DNA of 64,000 nucleotides from a virus. The stretch lies in IMG/VR virus record IMGVR_UViG_3300009509_000017, positions 6,269-70,268 of that record. One strand, given 5' to 3'. Shown piece after piece: positions 1 to 10,141 of the stretch (position 1 is its first letter; every line of letters begins with the position of its first letter). The notes under the pieces are model-generated. The model had not been told where the DNA came from. It saw nothing but the letters and a program-made list of their open reading frames with translations, and did no database searches. The position numbers were made by a program, and so were the translations under genes.

Positions 1-243
1 ACCTTAAACTTGACCTTGAGACGACCGGGCCAGTCGTTGATCGACCACCCGGCGCTCACAACACCCTCACATCCCTTGGCCATGATCTGCATGTTGTTCC
101 TGTTCAGTGCAATCTTTACGCACCCTGAGCATATGCCGATCAACTGCCGGTTGCCGTATAACCAGACGACCTTGCACATCTTGCACTTGACCACCGGGCC
201 ACCTGCCCTGGCCTGCAGCTTCTGCTTCTGCCATCGCATCTGC

Positions 244-498
244 TTATCTGACATCGTTATCCGCCGCAGGGATGAACAGGGCAAAGCAGGCCAAGGTGGC
301 TACGCCCAGGCCAAAGGCCGGCCAGAACCAGGTGATCTCTCCACCCCGATAGCTTTTGAGAGTGAAGAGGAACACGAGTACCCCACCGATAACGGTGTGT
401 ATCATGATCGTTGTGAATGGAAACTCTTTCCACCAGCGACGATATCTGGCAAGGACAGAGCGATCACGTTCCCGCTTCCAGTTGCTCCACTCATTCAT
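244..498 (-). CDS. small membrane protein
   Basis: Two hydrophobic segments; ATG at 498 overlaps the stop of the upstream ORF. Confidence 0.55.
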   Translation of the reverse strand: MNEWSNWKRERDRSVLARYRRWWKEFPFTTIMIHTVIGGVLVFLFTLKSYRGGEITWFWPAFGLGVATLACFALFIPAADNDVR

Positions 499-922
499 TG
501 GTTTCTCCCATCTGCAAAACGTCCTGTAGTTCGACCAAGATGCCGTGCAATTCAGTTTCGATCCGCTCGATACCATCATGCATGCCTGGGTTCTTGCTTG
601 CCGCCATAATCACGGTCTGCAGTAAATTTGTTACCCTGATCAGTGACTCAGTCACACTCCGGTTCATTTGCTTGACCAGGTCCAGTGCAGAGCGCAGGGT
701 TGCCACATCACCCTTGTTGAGTGGCAAGATCTCTCCGTTCAGTAGCGCCAATGTCTCCTGTGCCAGGCGTCCTGGCTCGTAGTGGTCGCCCACCTTTTTT
801 GGCGGCTCGCCCATTGTGGCCACACAGTCGCCAGTGTCTATGTCCACGATCTTTACCACTGGCGGCAGGTCCTTGCGCATTCGCGCCTGTGACTGCCATA
901 GCTTGATCTCGTATCGTGCCAT
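491..922 (-). CDS. hypothetical protein
   Basis: 143 aa ORF with AGGAGGGG SD, in a coupled - strand operon. Confidence 0.7.
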   Translation of the reverse strand: MARYEIKLWQSQARMRKDLPPVVKIVDIDTGDCVATMGEPPKKVGDHYEPGRLAQETLALLNGEILPLNKGDVATLRSALDLVKQMNRSVTESLIRVTNLLQTVIMAASKNPGMHDGIERIETELHGILVELQDVLQMGETNE

Positions 923-931
923 TCTCCCCTC

Positions 932-1480
932 CTAATATGGTAGATACTGCCCGTTAAAAGCGTTGACCGGATCTACGGTCAGCGGGCCATCGCAGTACTC
1001 TGTGGCCCAGGCCAGCAACGGTGGTGGCTCATCCCACCAGGTGCCAGTAGCCCGGCGCCACACCTTGATCTCTGCAGACCTTGTGTGAAAGTCCAGAGAC
1101 TTAGCCATATGTAGCGGCATATCTATACCCATCGGCCAGCCGCCACCCCGGTCATATCCCACACTGTCCCACACAGGATAGTGCAACATGCAGCCAGTAT
1201 CCCACACTGGCACAGCCTCTATGCAGGTCCCATCTGTGGCGCAGGCATAGACAAGATCGCCACAGTCCACATAACCACCAACTACCCACTCGATGGGCAC
1301 GGCCACCCACCAATCGCCAAGGTTGTACTTATGCCGGGTACACGCCAGGTCCGTGCCTACCCTTGCGGAGTACACCGTCATCCCGAGTACGGTGGTTGGT
1401 GGCACACGCGAGATCTCGTCGCCGCCATCGGCAACCACATTCATAATCGCAAGCGCTCCGACCAACAACGCCTTAGTCAC
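932..1480 (-). CDS. secreted 3D/RlpA-like (DPBB) cell-wall protein, putative
   Basis: N-terminal hydrophobic signal; VAVP...GDLVY...VWDTG...GIDM pattern resembles 3D/DPBB domains. Confidence 0.45.
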   Translation of the reverse strand: MTKALLVGALAIMNVVADGGDEISRVPPTTVLGMTVYSARVGTDLACTRHKYNLGDWWVAVPIEWVVGGYVDCGDLVYACATDGTCIEAVPVWDTGCMLHYPVWDSVGYDRGGGWPMGIDMPLHMAKSLDFHTRSAEIKVWRRATGTWWDEPPPLLAWATEYCDGPLTVDPVNAFNGQYLPY

Positions 1481-2045
1481 GTAGAAAATGCCTCTCCAAA
1501 TCCTTGACCGTCATCTTGCCTTCTGCCAGGTCCTGCACGAACGACCTGCCACGCCTCAGTCCATCATCGTAGGCAGACGCCATCAGATCGCATGCGCATT
1601 CATAGACTTTCTGCAGTAACTTCAATGTGTGTTCGTCTCCACGCAGGATGTAGCGTGACTGGGAAATGCTATCTCTCACCGGCTCTTTCTTTGGGTAGCC
1701 GATTGCCCATGAGTGGCTTGTGCCCATGCGGTCATTGGGCACCCTGGATGCGCCGACAAGCTCTAGTAAGGCGTCACGAAACCTCTTCTTTGAGTCATTT
1801 TGGAGAGAGCCAGCCCGGTCTGCGGTGCCGGCAAAGTGGTACAGGTACCAGTACCAAGCAATGGGTGCCTCTATCATACCATCGGGCAGTGCGTCTCGCT
1901 TTTCCTCTGCCTGTGCCCATGCGTGACCACGTTTCCACTCACCCCGGCAATCGGCACAGATATAGTCCCAGTCGTAGGTATCGCTCTCTTTGCAGAGGAC
2001 GCAGGGTTTTGCAGTTCTATGCCAGCGTTTTTTGGCCATGCTCAT
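1473..2045 (-). CDS. hypothetical protein with N-terminal Zn finger
   Basis: CVLC...CADC motifs; overlaps both neighbours. Confidence 0.65.
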   Translation of the reverse strand: MSMAKKRWHRTAKPCVLCKESDTYDWDYICADCRGEWKRGHAWAQAEEKRDALPDGMIEAPIAWYWYLYHFAGTADRAGSLQNDSKKRFRDALLELVGASRVPNDRMGTSHSWAIGYPKKEPVRDSISQSRYILRGDEHTLKLLQKVYECACDLMASAYDDGLRRGRSFVQDLAEGKMTVKDLERHFLRD

Positions 2046-3199
2046 ACCTCTATCTGCGGGATATCGTCTTCGTGCACCAGGTTGTGCTTGCCCAGTATAC
2101 GCAGGTAGGCCCGGTTGTCTTGAGCGGCAATAGCCCTCATCAACTGCTCGTCTATATCGGCCAGCGCAGGTATGTCTGGCCGACCACGCCGCAACATCTT
2201 GCAGGGGTACCCCATATGCTGTAGTTCCTTGATGGCTAGCTTACCCTGCCCGATAGCGCAGATCGCAACAAAGGCTATGCCCAATTGCGTATCGGCGCCT
2301 GGATGGTTCCCACTCATAAACCATGGTTCAGCGTGAGACATCACAATGGCGATGCCGGCAGAGCGTATAGACTCCAGGGTCTCTTTCGGCGTCCGGTGGG
2401 TCTGCTGCCACTTGATGACATCACACTCAGCACCACCCGCAAGCTCGTCAAGCATCTTCTTTCGAGCCATTCCAGCCTGCAGGGTGTGCTTGTCGATATC
2501 TCGTGCCAGTCCCTCTAGCCATTCTCTGATGTTCGGGTAGTTAATGATGTCTTGGCCAATTTCGATTGGCGTCTTAGATCCTGTCTCTTGCATATCATTC
2601 CACCTAACCCTTTTCAGCACGTGGGTAGTTACATCGCCATCAAGGTGAACAAGAAAGGCGCCGATGTCAAAGACGAGAGGTTCTAGCGGGTGCGACCATG
2701 ATGGGAAAGCGGGATCTGTCAACCTGGTCGCCACCAGGTAGCAGTGCTCACCCCTGACATGGATCTCGCCATACCCCGACTCTTCATGAATCCAGCACCT
2801 GCAATTCTCGTGACCGGCAGGGGGTCCAATAATCTCGTACCTGCGCCTTTCCACAGGTCCAAGGTCCAGACCTTCCTCTTCCTCCAAGTCCAAATACTCA
2901 CGGCGCTCGACAGGTGTACTGGCCGGTGCTCCCGCCCAGTGAGGCATTGGCGCCAGGTAGCCTTCTCTGTAACTACTGAGAAGCCTTTGCAGTAGCTGTT
3001 TCTCCATTTGCGCTACCATTGCCTTGGCTATTACCTCTCTATCTTGCCTTGACATAGCGTTCTGTGGGAGTATGATTCGCACCGCACCTACCTCATCAGA
3101 CATTCTTTTGAGCGTCCCTCTGGCCTGCTCTAATAACGACTGCAGATTCTCTGGCACGTGTATGTGCATTCGGAACGTATAGTTCTGTTTCTCCGACAT
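2042..3199 (-). CDS. hypothetical protein containing a MuF-like PPxxHxNCRC motif
   Basis: 385 aa ORF; GPPAGHENCRC. Confidence 0.6.
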   Translation of the reverse strand: MSEKQNYTFRMHIHVPENLQSLLEQARGTLKRMSDEVGAVRIILPQNAMSRQDREVIAKAMVAQMEKQLLQRLLSSYREGYLAPMPHWAGAPASTPVERREYLDLEEEEGLDLGPVERRRYEIIGPPAGHENCRCWIHEESGYGEIHVRGEHCYLVATRLTDPAFPSWSHPLEPLVFDIGAFLVHLDGDVTTHVLKRVRWNDMQETGSKTPIEIGQDIINYPNIREWLEGLARDIDKHTLQAGMARKKMLDELAGGAECDVIKWQQTHRTPKETLESIRSAGIAIVMSHAEPWFMSGNHPGADTQLGIAFVAICAIGQGKLAIKELQHMGYPCKMLRRGRPDIPALADIDEQLMRAIAAQDNRAYLRILGKHNLVHEDDIPQIEV

Positions 3200-3578
3200 A
3201 GAAACGATCTCCGTGACCCAGGCAGTATGCCTGGCTGGCTCTCAATTCTGCTTCATAGCGCCTTTGGTTGCGGTGATCCACATACAGAAACACCCCAACC
3301 ACCATGGCAGCCACGATCAGCATCGCTATCATTGGCACCACAAAGCCAGACATGGCTGTGGCCACCATCCCGATCTGTGCAGACCTGGCGTCCACCAGGT
3401 TGGCCTGGGCATTCACCTGAGCCGCATGCGCCCACGCCTGCTCTGCAGCGGCGGCCTTATAATCCGCAGCCTTGTCCAAAACCAGGCCGGCGCAGATGGC
3501 AAGCAGCGCCACGGCAGCCAGGACCCCTACCAGCACCAACAGGCCAGAACCCTGCCCACCATACGGTTGTTCATCCAT
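3096..3578 (-). CDS. membrane protein
   Basis: Two TM segments, GGGGG SD. Confidence 0.6.
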   Translation of the reverse strand: MDEQPYGGQGSGLLVLVGVLAAVALLAICAGLVLDKAADYKAAAAEQAWAHAAQVNAQANLVDARSAQIGMVATAMSGFVVPMIAMLIVAAMVVGVFLYVDHRNQRRYEAELRASQAYCLGHGDRFYVGETELYVPNAHTRARESAVVIRAGQRDAQKNV

Positions 3579-3588
3579 GCTCTACCCC

Positions 3589-4353
3589 CTATGAGATATT
3601 CTTGTAGATCTCTTCTGGATCTTTGTCGTAACTCCACCCGGTATTCACTAACGGGGTACCCTTGGTATCGTAAGCATTCCACCTGGCCCACCCGGCATCT
3701 ATCAGCGTGTTACGATAGTTCTGGTAGCGCTTGCGCCCAAGTATTGGTTCCCATACACGGCTAGCTGTGCCAATCTTTGGATCGCCAGATACCCTGACGA
3801 ACCAGGCCATTGTCTGCTCATCTGGCCTGAATGGGTAGTCAACGGCTATCTGGCCTGCCTCTGGCACATGCTCTGGATCTTCTTCTTCCTCATCGTCCAG
3901 GTCCCCATCGTTGGCCAGGGCTGCAGCAATCTTCCCGGCGATGTCACGACTGGTTGGCTGATCTCGCCTGCCCTTGATGATCGGCCTATCACCGATATCA
4001 CCACTCCTGTCCAGATCCCGCCCAAGTTTATTCTCTAGCGCCATCCACAGCAGGCGCCACACGGCAGCGCTCGTGGCAAGATAGGCTACGATCACGGTGA
4101 TCAAAAAGTACACGAGCCAGAGCGTCCAGAGAGAGGTCTTCGGATCGCCAAGCTGATTGAAGAGGACAATGCCGAGGGTAGCTACAACCAACCCCCACGT
4201 GATGGAGTGTGCTACTGGCACCACATAGTCAGACACAAAGCCAGGCGGCCTGGTAGGCGTGCGCAAGGTCTGCTGTGGTACAGCACCACGCTCCATCAAC
4301 GCCTGCTGATAAGTGCGCAGAACATCAAGCTGACGGTCCTTTTTGCGGAACAT
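3589..4353 (-). CDS. membrane protein with C-terminal soluble domain
   Basis: Two TM helices and an acidic linker. Confidence 0.65.
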   Translation of the reverse strand: MFRKKDRQLDVLRTYQQALMERGAVPQQTLRTPTRPPGFVSDYVVPVAHSITWGLVVATLGIVLFNQLGDPKTSLWTLWLVYFLITVIVAYLATSAAVWRLLWMALENKLGRDLDRSGDIGDRPIIKGRRDQPTSRDIAGKIAAALANDGDLDDEEEEDPEHVPEAGQIAVDYPFRPDEQTMAWFVRVSGDPKIGTASRVWEPILGRKRYQNYRNTLIDAGWARWNAYDTKGTPLVNTGWSYDKDPEEIYKNIS

Positions 4354-4357
4354 CGGT

Positions 4358-4771
4358 CTACCTCAACAACGAGTTCATCGTATCCACCCACGTGCGCACA
4401 TCGGACATACTGCGCACAGGAACGTAGATAGCAATGTTTCTCCCGTAATGACTGATCAGACCAGGGGTTGGCCTGGTCGCCACAAACAGGTAGATGTCCG
4501 TGGCGTTTCTGCGTAAGGTGGTCTGCGACCAGATCGTTGGCACCCGAGGCATCACAGCCTCAGTGCTGGCAAAGGCATTCCTGGCCTTGATGGCCCACGT
4601 GAGCTTGACCCTCATTTCTGCGTCCGATGTCAACCCCCCACATGGCCAGAGCAGCAAAACGGGCTGTTCGTGCCGTGCAATCACATATACCTTGTCAGGC
4701 TCAGACATCGTCAGATCCGTCACCTGCGCCCGCACATGCGAGGCCGGAACAACGGTAACCGTTTCTATCAT
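4358..4771 (-). CDS. tandem Phd/YefM-like domain protein (putative regulator)
   Basis: Two repeats of the Phd pattern: VPASHVRAQVTDL..VYVIARHEQPVLLLWP and WSQTTLRRNATDI..GLISHYGRNIAIYVP. Confidence 0.5.
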   Translation of the reverse strand: MIETVTVVPASHVRAQVTDLTMSEPDKVYVIARHEQPVLLLWPCGGLTSDAEMRVKLTWAIKARNAFASTEAVMPRVPTIWSQTTLRRNATDIYLFVATRPTPGLISHYGRNIAIYVPVRSMSDVRTWVDTMNSLLR

Positions 4772-4804
4772 CTACATAGTACCCCCCTTCCATAGAATGT
4801 GCCA

Positions 4805-4833
4805 ATTATACCATATGCGTTGTACCATGTCAA
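4805..4833 (-). promoter_or_regulatory. sigma70-type promoter (leftward)
   Basis: TTGACA-N17-TATAAT perfect consensus with TGn extension. Confidence 0.85.
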
Positions 4834-4860
4834 ATTGCGCAACCCCAAGTTTTCTGGCAC

Positions 4861-4889
4861 TTGACAGACTATCGACTTTAGGTTAAAAT
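4861..4889 (+). promoter_or_regulatory. sigma70-type promoter (rightward, terminase operon)
   Basis: TTGACA-N17-TAAAAT. Confidence 0.8.
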
Positions 4890-4907
4890 CCTAATGAGGG
4901 GATTAGC

Positions 4908-5657
4908 ATGGCCGATATCAAGTTAGACAAGGACGGCACCAGGCTGCCTATCAGGCAGTGGACACCGTCAAAGTGGACCGTTATGGGACGGTCACAGCCT
5001 ACGGTGGACCCCCTGCAGCTACCGTACTCCTGGGTTACAGAAGAGGTCTCCCTGGCGCTAGACCGTATTGTCATTGGGGATCTGACCAAGCGCAGGCGTA
5101 CCATCATGATGATGGCTGACGCTGTTGCATCTGGCAATCGAGACATTGGCGACGTCATAGCTGACGAGACGACCGTGGGCCACTCAGTGTGGTACCAGGA
5201 CATGAAGAGTGATCCAATCGTAGAGGAAGTCTACGCATTGGCACTCAGTGTTGCCAGGCACTGGTACGATCAACTTGAGGGTCACAGGATGCTCAAGCGG
5301 GCCAGCGTGGTCGAGCAGGCCAGGGACAACCTGGTAGACCTAACTGGAATGGCCATTGACGTCATGGCCGACATGCTAGGCGATCCAGAAACCCCTGCCA
5401 CTGTTAGGCGCCAGTTGATCGTGGACATTCTGGACCGTGCCGACGAGGAAACTGGTGTCAAGTCCACCCATGTGGTGCGATCCTCAAAAGAGCCAAGCAT
5501 GAAGGAACTTGGCCTGCTGCGCAGGTCGCGGCCAGATCGGACCCTGGCTACCGGAGAGCCTAGCCCGAGGCTGGTTATATCTGGAGAGGAAGAGCCTGTG
5601 GAAGAGGAAGACTACATAGATGCAGAGGTAGGCACGGATGGAACAGTGGGAGATTGA
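4908..5657 (+). CDS. terminase small subunit (putative)
   Basis: Directly upstream of and overlapping terL; helical protein with acidic tail. Confidence 0.6.
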   Translation: MADIKLDKDGTRLPIRQWTPSKWTVMGRSQPTVDPLQLPYSWVTEEVSLALDRIVIGDLTKRRRTIMMMADAVASGNRDIGDVIADETTVGHSVWYQDMKSDPIVEEVYALALSVARHWYDQLEGHRMLKRASVVEQARDNLVDLTGMAIDVMADMLGDPETPATVRRQLIVDILDRADEETGVKSTHVVRSSKEPSMKELGLLRRSRPDRTLATGEPSPRLVISGEEEPVEEEDYIDAEVGTDGTVGD

Positions 5658-7401
5658 TCTGCTCGATCTACACCTGCATATGTGGTACGACGATGCCGGC
5701 GTTGAGCAGGTCTATGCCCAGGACATATCGGCCAGGCAGATGGCAGCGCAGATGGCCGTTCAGGACGCTGCCTTTTTCCTCAAGTATTATCTGCCGCACT
5801 ACTTTAGTGATGAGTGGGCACTGTGTCACTGGGACCTGGTAGACGAGGTCCAGCAAGCCGTCACGAACAACTACCCTGATCGTCTCGCTCAGAGCCTGCC
5901 ACGTGGTTTTGGTAAGTCCACCATTGTCTGTGTTGGGTTTACGCTTTGGTGCCTGGTTGGCAGGGACCCGTTCGGCGTGATGGGTAAGGATCGTACACCG
6001 ACAAAGGGTTACATCATTCTTACCAAGGACTCTTTTGACCAGGCCAAGCTGGAGTTGCAATCTCTCAAGGAAGAGATCGAGCACAACGAGAAGCTGCAGG
6101 CTGACTGGGGTGACTTTGTCGGCCAGCCGTGGGGTGCCGCAGAGATCGTCACGAGCAACAACGTGCGTATCGAGGCATTGGGCACTGGCCAGAAGATCCG
6201 TGGTCGCCGCCATGGGCACATGCGCCCGCAACTGATCGTCTTGGACGACCTGGAGAACGACAGCATGGTGCGCTCTCCCACTCAGCGGCAGAAAGCCAAA
6301 GAGTGGGTGACCAGGGCTGTCGAAAAGGCCGGCGATCCAAAATCGTGCGACTACGTCTACATCGGTACCCACCTGCACTATGACTGCATCCAGGCGTGGA
6401 TGGTAAAGCGGCCTGGCGTGCGTGCCAGGGTTTACCGTGCCCTGTTGTCGCATGCTGATAGGCAGGATCTGTGGGACGAATGGCGTACCAAGCTCTTTGA
6501 CCTTTTTGACCAAAATCGAGAGACCACAGCCAGGAACTTTTACCACGAGCATAAAGAGGAAATGCTGGAGGGCACCGAGGTATCTTGGCCACAGCGCTTT
6601 GACTATTACACCCTACAGTTGATGCTGGCCGGAGAGCAGGCCGACGCACAGGGCAGGCGTATACGGTCGTTTTCTGCAGAAATGCAGAATGAGCCTGTAG
6701 ATGAGGATGACAGGCTCTTCAAACAGTTCCACTGGTTTCACTATGAACGAGAGCGCAACTACACCTACCTGGTACCGAGTGACAGTGGCCATCGAGTGAA
6801 CCTGGCTCAATGCCGCCTGTATGGCGCCTGTGACCCGTCGCTGGGCGAGACACATCAAGGTGCATACACGGCATTGATAGACCTTCTCGTGGCACCCAAC
6901 AACATGATGTTCGTGGTACACGCCCACATCGAGCGCCTGCATCCAGATAGGGTGATCGATTACATGGGCATGCGTATACGTTACTGGCTAGAGCGTGGTA
7001 AGCAATACAACGGCTATGCTGTCGAGACCGTGCAGTTCCAGAAGCTATTTGCCTCTCGTGCCGGCCAGGATCTACTCTCATCTGGATTCAGGTTGCCTAT
7101 AGTTGAGGTTAGGTCTACTGCGAACAAGCAGGCCAGGATCGACTCGCTTCAACCAGACCTAACCAATGGCTACCTACGACTGTTCAAAGAGCCATCGGCG
7201 GCAGTACCAATCGAGCAATCATTGCTTTACGATCAACTATGGCAGTATCCAATGGGCGACTTTGTGGATGGGCCAGATGCGCTCGAAATGGTCAGAACCC
7301 TGGCTGCACCCGGTGGTGTACCACGGACAGTGGAAGCTCCCCGGGCGGAGATGGTTACCAGTAGTGGGGCACATGTCGGCAAAGATCCATTTGCGTTTTA
7401 G
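5638..7401 (+). CDS. terL: terminase large subunit
   Basis: Walker A PRGFGKST, IRGRR, Walker B LIVLDDLE, nuclease motifs ACDPS and DGPDAL. Confidence 0.95.
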   Translation: MEQWEIDLLDLHLHMWYDDAGVEQVYAQDISARQMAAQMAVQDAAFFLKYYLPHYFSDEWALCHWDLVDEVQQAVTNNYPDRLAQSLPRGFGKSTIVCVGFTLWCLVGRDPFGVMGKDRTPTKGYIILTKDSFDQAKLELQSLKEEIEHNEKLQADWGDFVGQPWGAAEIVTSNNVRIEALGTGQKIRGRRHGHMRPQLIVLDDLENDSMVRSPTQRQKAKEWVTRAVEKAGDPKSCDYVYIGTHLHYDCIQAWMVKRPGVRARVYRALLSHADRQDLWDEWRTKLFDLFDQNRETTARNFYHEHKEEMLEGTEVSWPQRFDYYTLQLMLAGEQADAQGRRIRSFSAEMQNEPVDEDDRLFKQFHWFHYERERNYTYLVPSDSGHRVNLAQCRLYGACDPSLGETHQGAYTALIDLLVAPNNMMFVVHAHIERLHPDRVIDYMGMRIRYWLERGKQYNGYAVETVQFQKLFASRAGQDLLSSGFRLPIVEVRSTANKQARIDSLQPDLTNGYLRLFKEPSAAVPIEQSLLYDQLWQYPMGDFVDGPDALEMVRTLAAPGGVPRTVEAPRAEMVTSSGAHVGKDPFAF

Positions 7402-7411
7402 GGGATAGAGT

Positions 7412-9538
7412 ATGTCAGACGAGCAGGTACCACAGAGAGAGCCAATACCGCAGAAGATAGAGCACCCGAGTAGCAACGTCTTTATTGAGCGTGGCTGGTC
7501 CGGCCTAAACTTCATGAGCGGCATGATTATGGAAGAGCCGCTGCAGGAACTGCGTGGACAGCAGGGTGCAGAAGAGTTCGACACGATGCGTCGTACAGAC
7601 TCTACTGTCAGTGGTGTCCTCATGGCCTTGACGTTACCGATCCGTGAGGCTCAGTGGCGAGTCAACCCGGTCAGCGATCTAGCGACAGATCGTGAGGCTG
7701 CAGAGTTTGTGGAGTCATGCCTGCACGACATGTCTACGTCGCTGGATGACGTGCTCACCGAGGCCACCACGATGTTTGCCTTTGGTTGGTCGCTGATGGA
7801 ATGGGTGTTAAAGCGACGGCTAGGCCGGCGTCCAGGCCGGAACCTACCTGAGTCTGCCCACAACGATGGCAGAATCGGGTTCAGGAAGATTGCATTACGC
7901 AAGCAGACGTCCCTATGGGAATGGGACATGACAGAGGATGGTGGGATCAACGGGATGTGGCAAGAGCGCTTGGGCAGAGCGCCTGCATTCATTCCCCTGG
8001 AGAAATCGTTACTGTTCAGGACCACCAAAGAGGGGAACAACCCCGAGGGGTTCAGTGTATTACGCCCTGCTTACAGGGACTGGCGTTACAAGGTCGAGAT
8101 TGAGCGCATAGAGGCTATTGGCCTGCAGCGTGCGCTGATGGGCACGCCAGTCGTCAACCTTGGCCAGGGTGCCACCACAAACACTGCGGACCCGATCAAT
8201 AGCCACGAGAAGCGTGCCAGGCAGATTCTGTCGAGCATTCACAAGAATGACACAACGGGAGTTATTGAGGAAGGCGAGATTCTGACATTCAGGTTCGAGA
8301 CACCAAAGATGACAGGTGTCACCGCAGACTCTGATCGGGTCATCCAGCGCAAGGATGAGGCTATAGCCCGGGCTGCGCTGGCGTCCTGGTTACTCCTGGG
8401 GACCAGGGAGAAAGGCAGTTATGCCCTGGCCCGCGAGTTGGGTGACATGTTTTTCATTGCTGTCACTGGCTTTCTCCAGACGATCAGCCAGGTCTTCACC
8501 AGGTGGGCAGTGCCTACGCTCTTCATGTACAACCCGTTCCCGGGCATCACCGGGTATCCAGAGATCACCACGTCGATCAATCGCCGGGTGGACCTGGAGA
8601 CCATATCTAAGGTCGTGAATGAACTGGCGGGCAGCCAGGTCATCACGGTGGATCTGGCACTTGAGCAGTACATTCGAGAGCTTGCCGGGCTACCACGCAG
8701 GGCTGTGGATATCACACCCGAGGGTGAGCCGGTTACGCCAGCACCAGCAGAAGAGGGTGAGGACGTGGTTGCCGGCCCGGGCATCCCTGAGCAGGAACAG
8801 GACGCCAGGACGCAGATAGAGCAGTTCGGCAGGCGCACCCTACTGGATCGATACAAGGCGGCTACCGATGCTTACAAGCAAGCGCTCACCGATCAGTACG
8901 AGTACTGGCTAGATGAAACGTCCGCCGAGTTCGCAGCCGTGGCGCCAGAGGACATTGGCGCCTGGTACGACAAGGAATGGCCAGAGAGGGTTGTGGCGTT
9001 GTCCCTGCTATTGAAAAAGCTGGCCTGGGAATGGCTGCCACGTGGCTATGAACTTGGTTTCAAAAGTTCAGCGATTCCTCCTGAGCAGCGCAGAGAAATC
9101 GACTACGAGCTTGCGGCGAACGACGAGTGGATGGACACCCACCTGGGTGTGGCAATCGAGCACAGGGTGAACCTGGCAGAGCTTGCCGAGCTATCCTTTG
9201 TGGCCGACAAGCTGGAAAAGCGAGACGCCTTTAGGGGACTACTGATCGGCAAGCGTGGGCACGTTGGCCAGTATGCTGGTGCATTCTGGCGGGCTATATG
9301 GGTGGGTGCTACAGCCTACCTCTTGCTAGGTGGCGACGTGCACAAGATCCGGTGGGTGACTGACCCATTGGCCAAACATTGTAAGGACTGCAATCTGTTT
9401 GGTGACATCACCTACGAAAACATGCGGACGCTGATGAGGCATACAGGCGGGATCTTGCCTGGCACTGGAACAGAGTGTGATGGGAACTGTAGGTGTCACT
9501 TACAAAAAGATGACAGCGGGACCCTTATTGTGGTATAA
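7412..9538 (+). CDS. portal protein (Mu gp29/DUF935-like) fused to a C-terminal MuF-like domain
   Basis: Follows terL; FGWSLMEWV and NPEGFSVLRPAY portal motifs; C-terminal HCKDC...ECDGNCRCHL. Confidence 0.85.
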   Translation: MSDEQVPQREPIPQKIEHPSSNVFIERGWSGLNFMSGMIMEEPLQELRGQQGAEEFDTMRRTDSTVSGVLMALTLPIREAQWRVNPVSDLATDREAAEFVESCLHDMSTSLDDVLTEATTMFAFGWSLMEWVLKRRLGRRPGRNLPESAHNDGRIGFRKIALRKQTSLWEWDMTEDGGINGMWQERLGRAPAFIPLEKSLLFRTTKEGNNPEGFSVLRPAYRDWRYKVEIERIEAIGLQRALMGTPVVNLGQGATTNTADPINSHEKRARQILSSIHKNDTTGVIEEGEILTFRFETPKMTGVTADSDRVIQRKDEAIARAALASWLLLGTREKGSYALARELGDMFFIAVTGFLQTISQVFTRWAVPTLFMYNPFPGITGYPEITTSINRRVDLETISKVVNELAGSQVITVDLALEQYIRELAGLPRRAVDITPEGEPVTPAPAEEGEDVVAGPGIPEQEQDARTQIEQFGRRTLLDRYKAATDAYKQALTDQYEYWLDETSAEFAAVAPEDIGAWYDKEWPERVVALSLLLKKLAWEWLPRGYELGFKSSAIPPEQRREIDYELAANDEWMDTHLGVAIEHRVNLAELAELSFVADKLEKRDAFRGLLIGKRGHVGQYAGAFWRAIWVGATAYLLLGGDVHKIRWVTDPLAKHCKDCNLFGDITYENMRTLMRHTGGILPGTGTECDGNCRCHLQKDDSGTLIVV

Positions 9539-9539
9539 T
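9510..9539 (+). promoter_or_regulatory. extended -10 promoter
   Basis: ATGACA-N18-TATAAT with TGn extension, upstream of the 9566 ORF. Confidence 0.55.
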
Positions 9540-9565
9540 AGGGCATCACATTTAGGAGGCTTGAA

Positions 9566-9808
9566 ATGGCAAACGTAGCGCACCAGGTGGCGGACAAAGC
9601 AGAAGCTCTGCAGAGGCTTGAGGCTGCAGCCGGGCAGTCCTCATGGGAAAACATGGTCGAGTCTCACCCTGACATAGCCACAGCTATCGAGAACGCTGTG
9701 GCGGCTGGCGCAAGTTCGGATGACGTGTACCGCACGTTGCGATCTAACCACGATCCCGATTTCTGCCGGTGGTGTAGGACTGTGGCCAGGTTCTTGGAAA
9801 CTCAATGA
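9566..9808 (+). CDS. hypothetical protein
   Basis: AGGAGG SD, 80 aa. Confidence 0.7.
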   Translation: MANVAHQVADKAEALQRLEAAAGQSSWENMVESHPDIATAIENAVAAGASSDDVYRTLRSNHDPDFCRWCRTVARFLETQ

Positions 9809-10116
9809 TGAGGGAGTCCATTGCAAGATTGGTACAATTCATTAGTCGCCAGGGTCAGCGCCTTGCCAGAGCCGCTGAAAGCCTTTGGTATGCAACAGTG
9901 CGTGGATGCGTGGCAAACTTACGAGCAGTCAGGAGACTGGCGCATACCACATCAGTTAGAGGAAGAGGTTGTGAGTTTGGAGTTCGGACTATCACAGATG
10001 CAGGCAATGTCACCTGGACGGTTTCAGGAGGAACTGGGCCGGGCCACTTTGTATTTGCAGATATTGTGAAGGACGAGCCACCAATATCCATAGCCAGGGT
10101 GTGGCTTGACGAGTAG
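9805..10116 (+). CDS. hypothetical protein (frame uncertain; 9821-10069 is an alternative)
   Basis: ATGA overlap with the previous stop. Confidence 0.4.
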   Translation: MMRESIARLVQFISRQGQRLARAAESLWYATVRGCVANLRAVRRLAHTTSVRGRGCEFGVRTITDAGNVTWTVSGGTGPGHFVFADIVKDEPPISIARVWLDE

Positions 10117-10141
10117 TTAGACTAGCACTGAGGGGGTTAGC

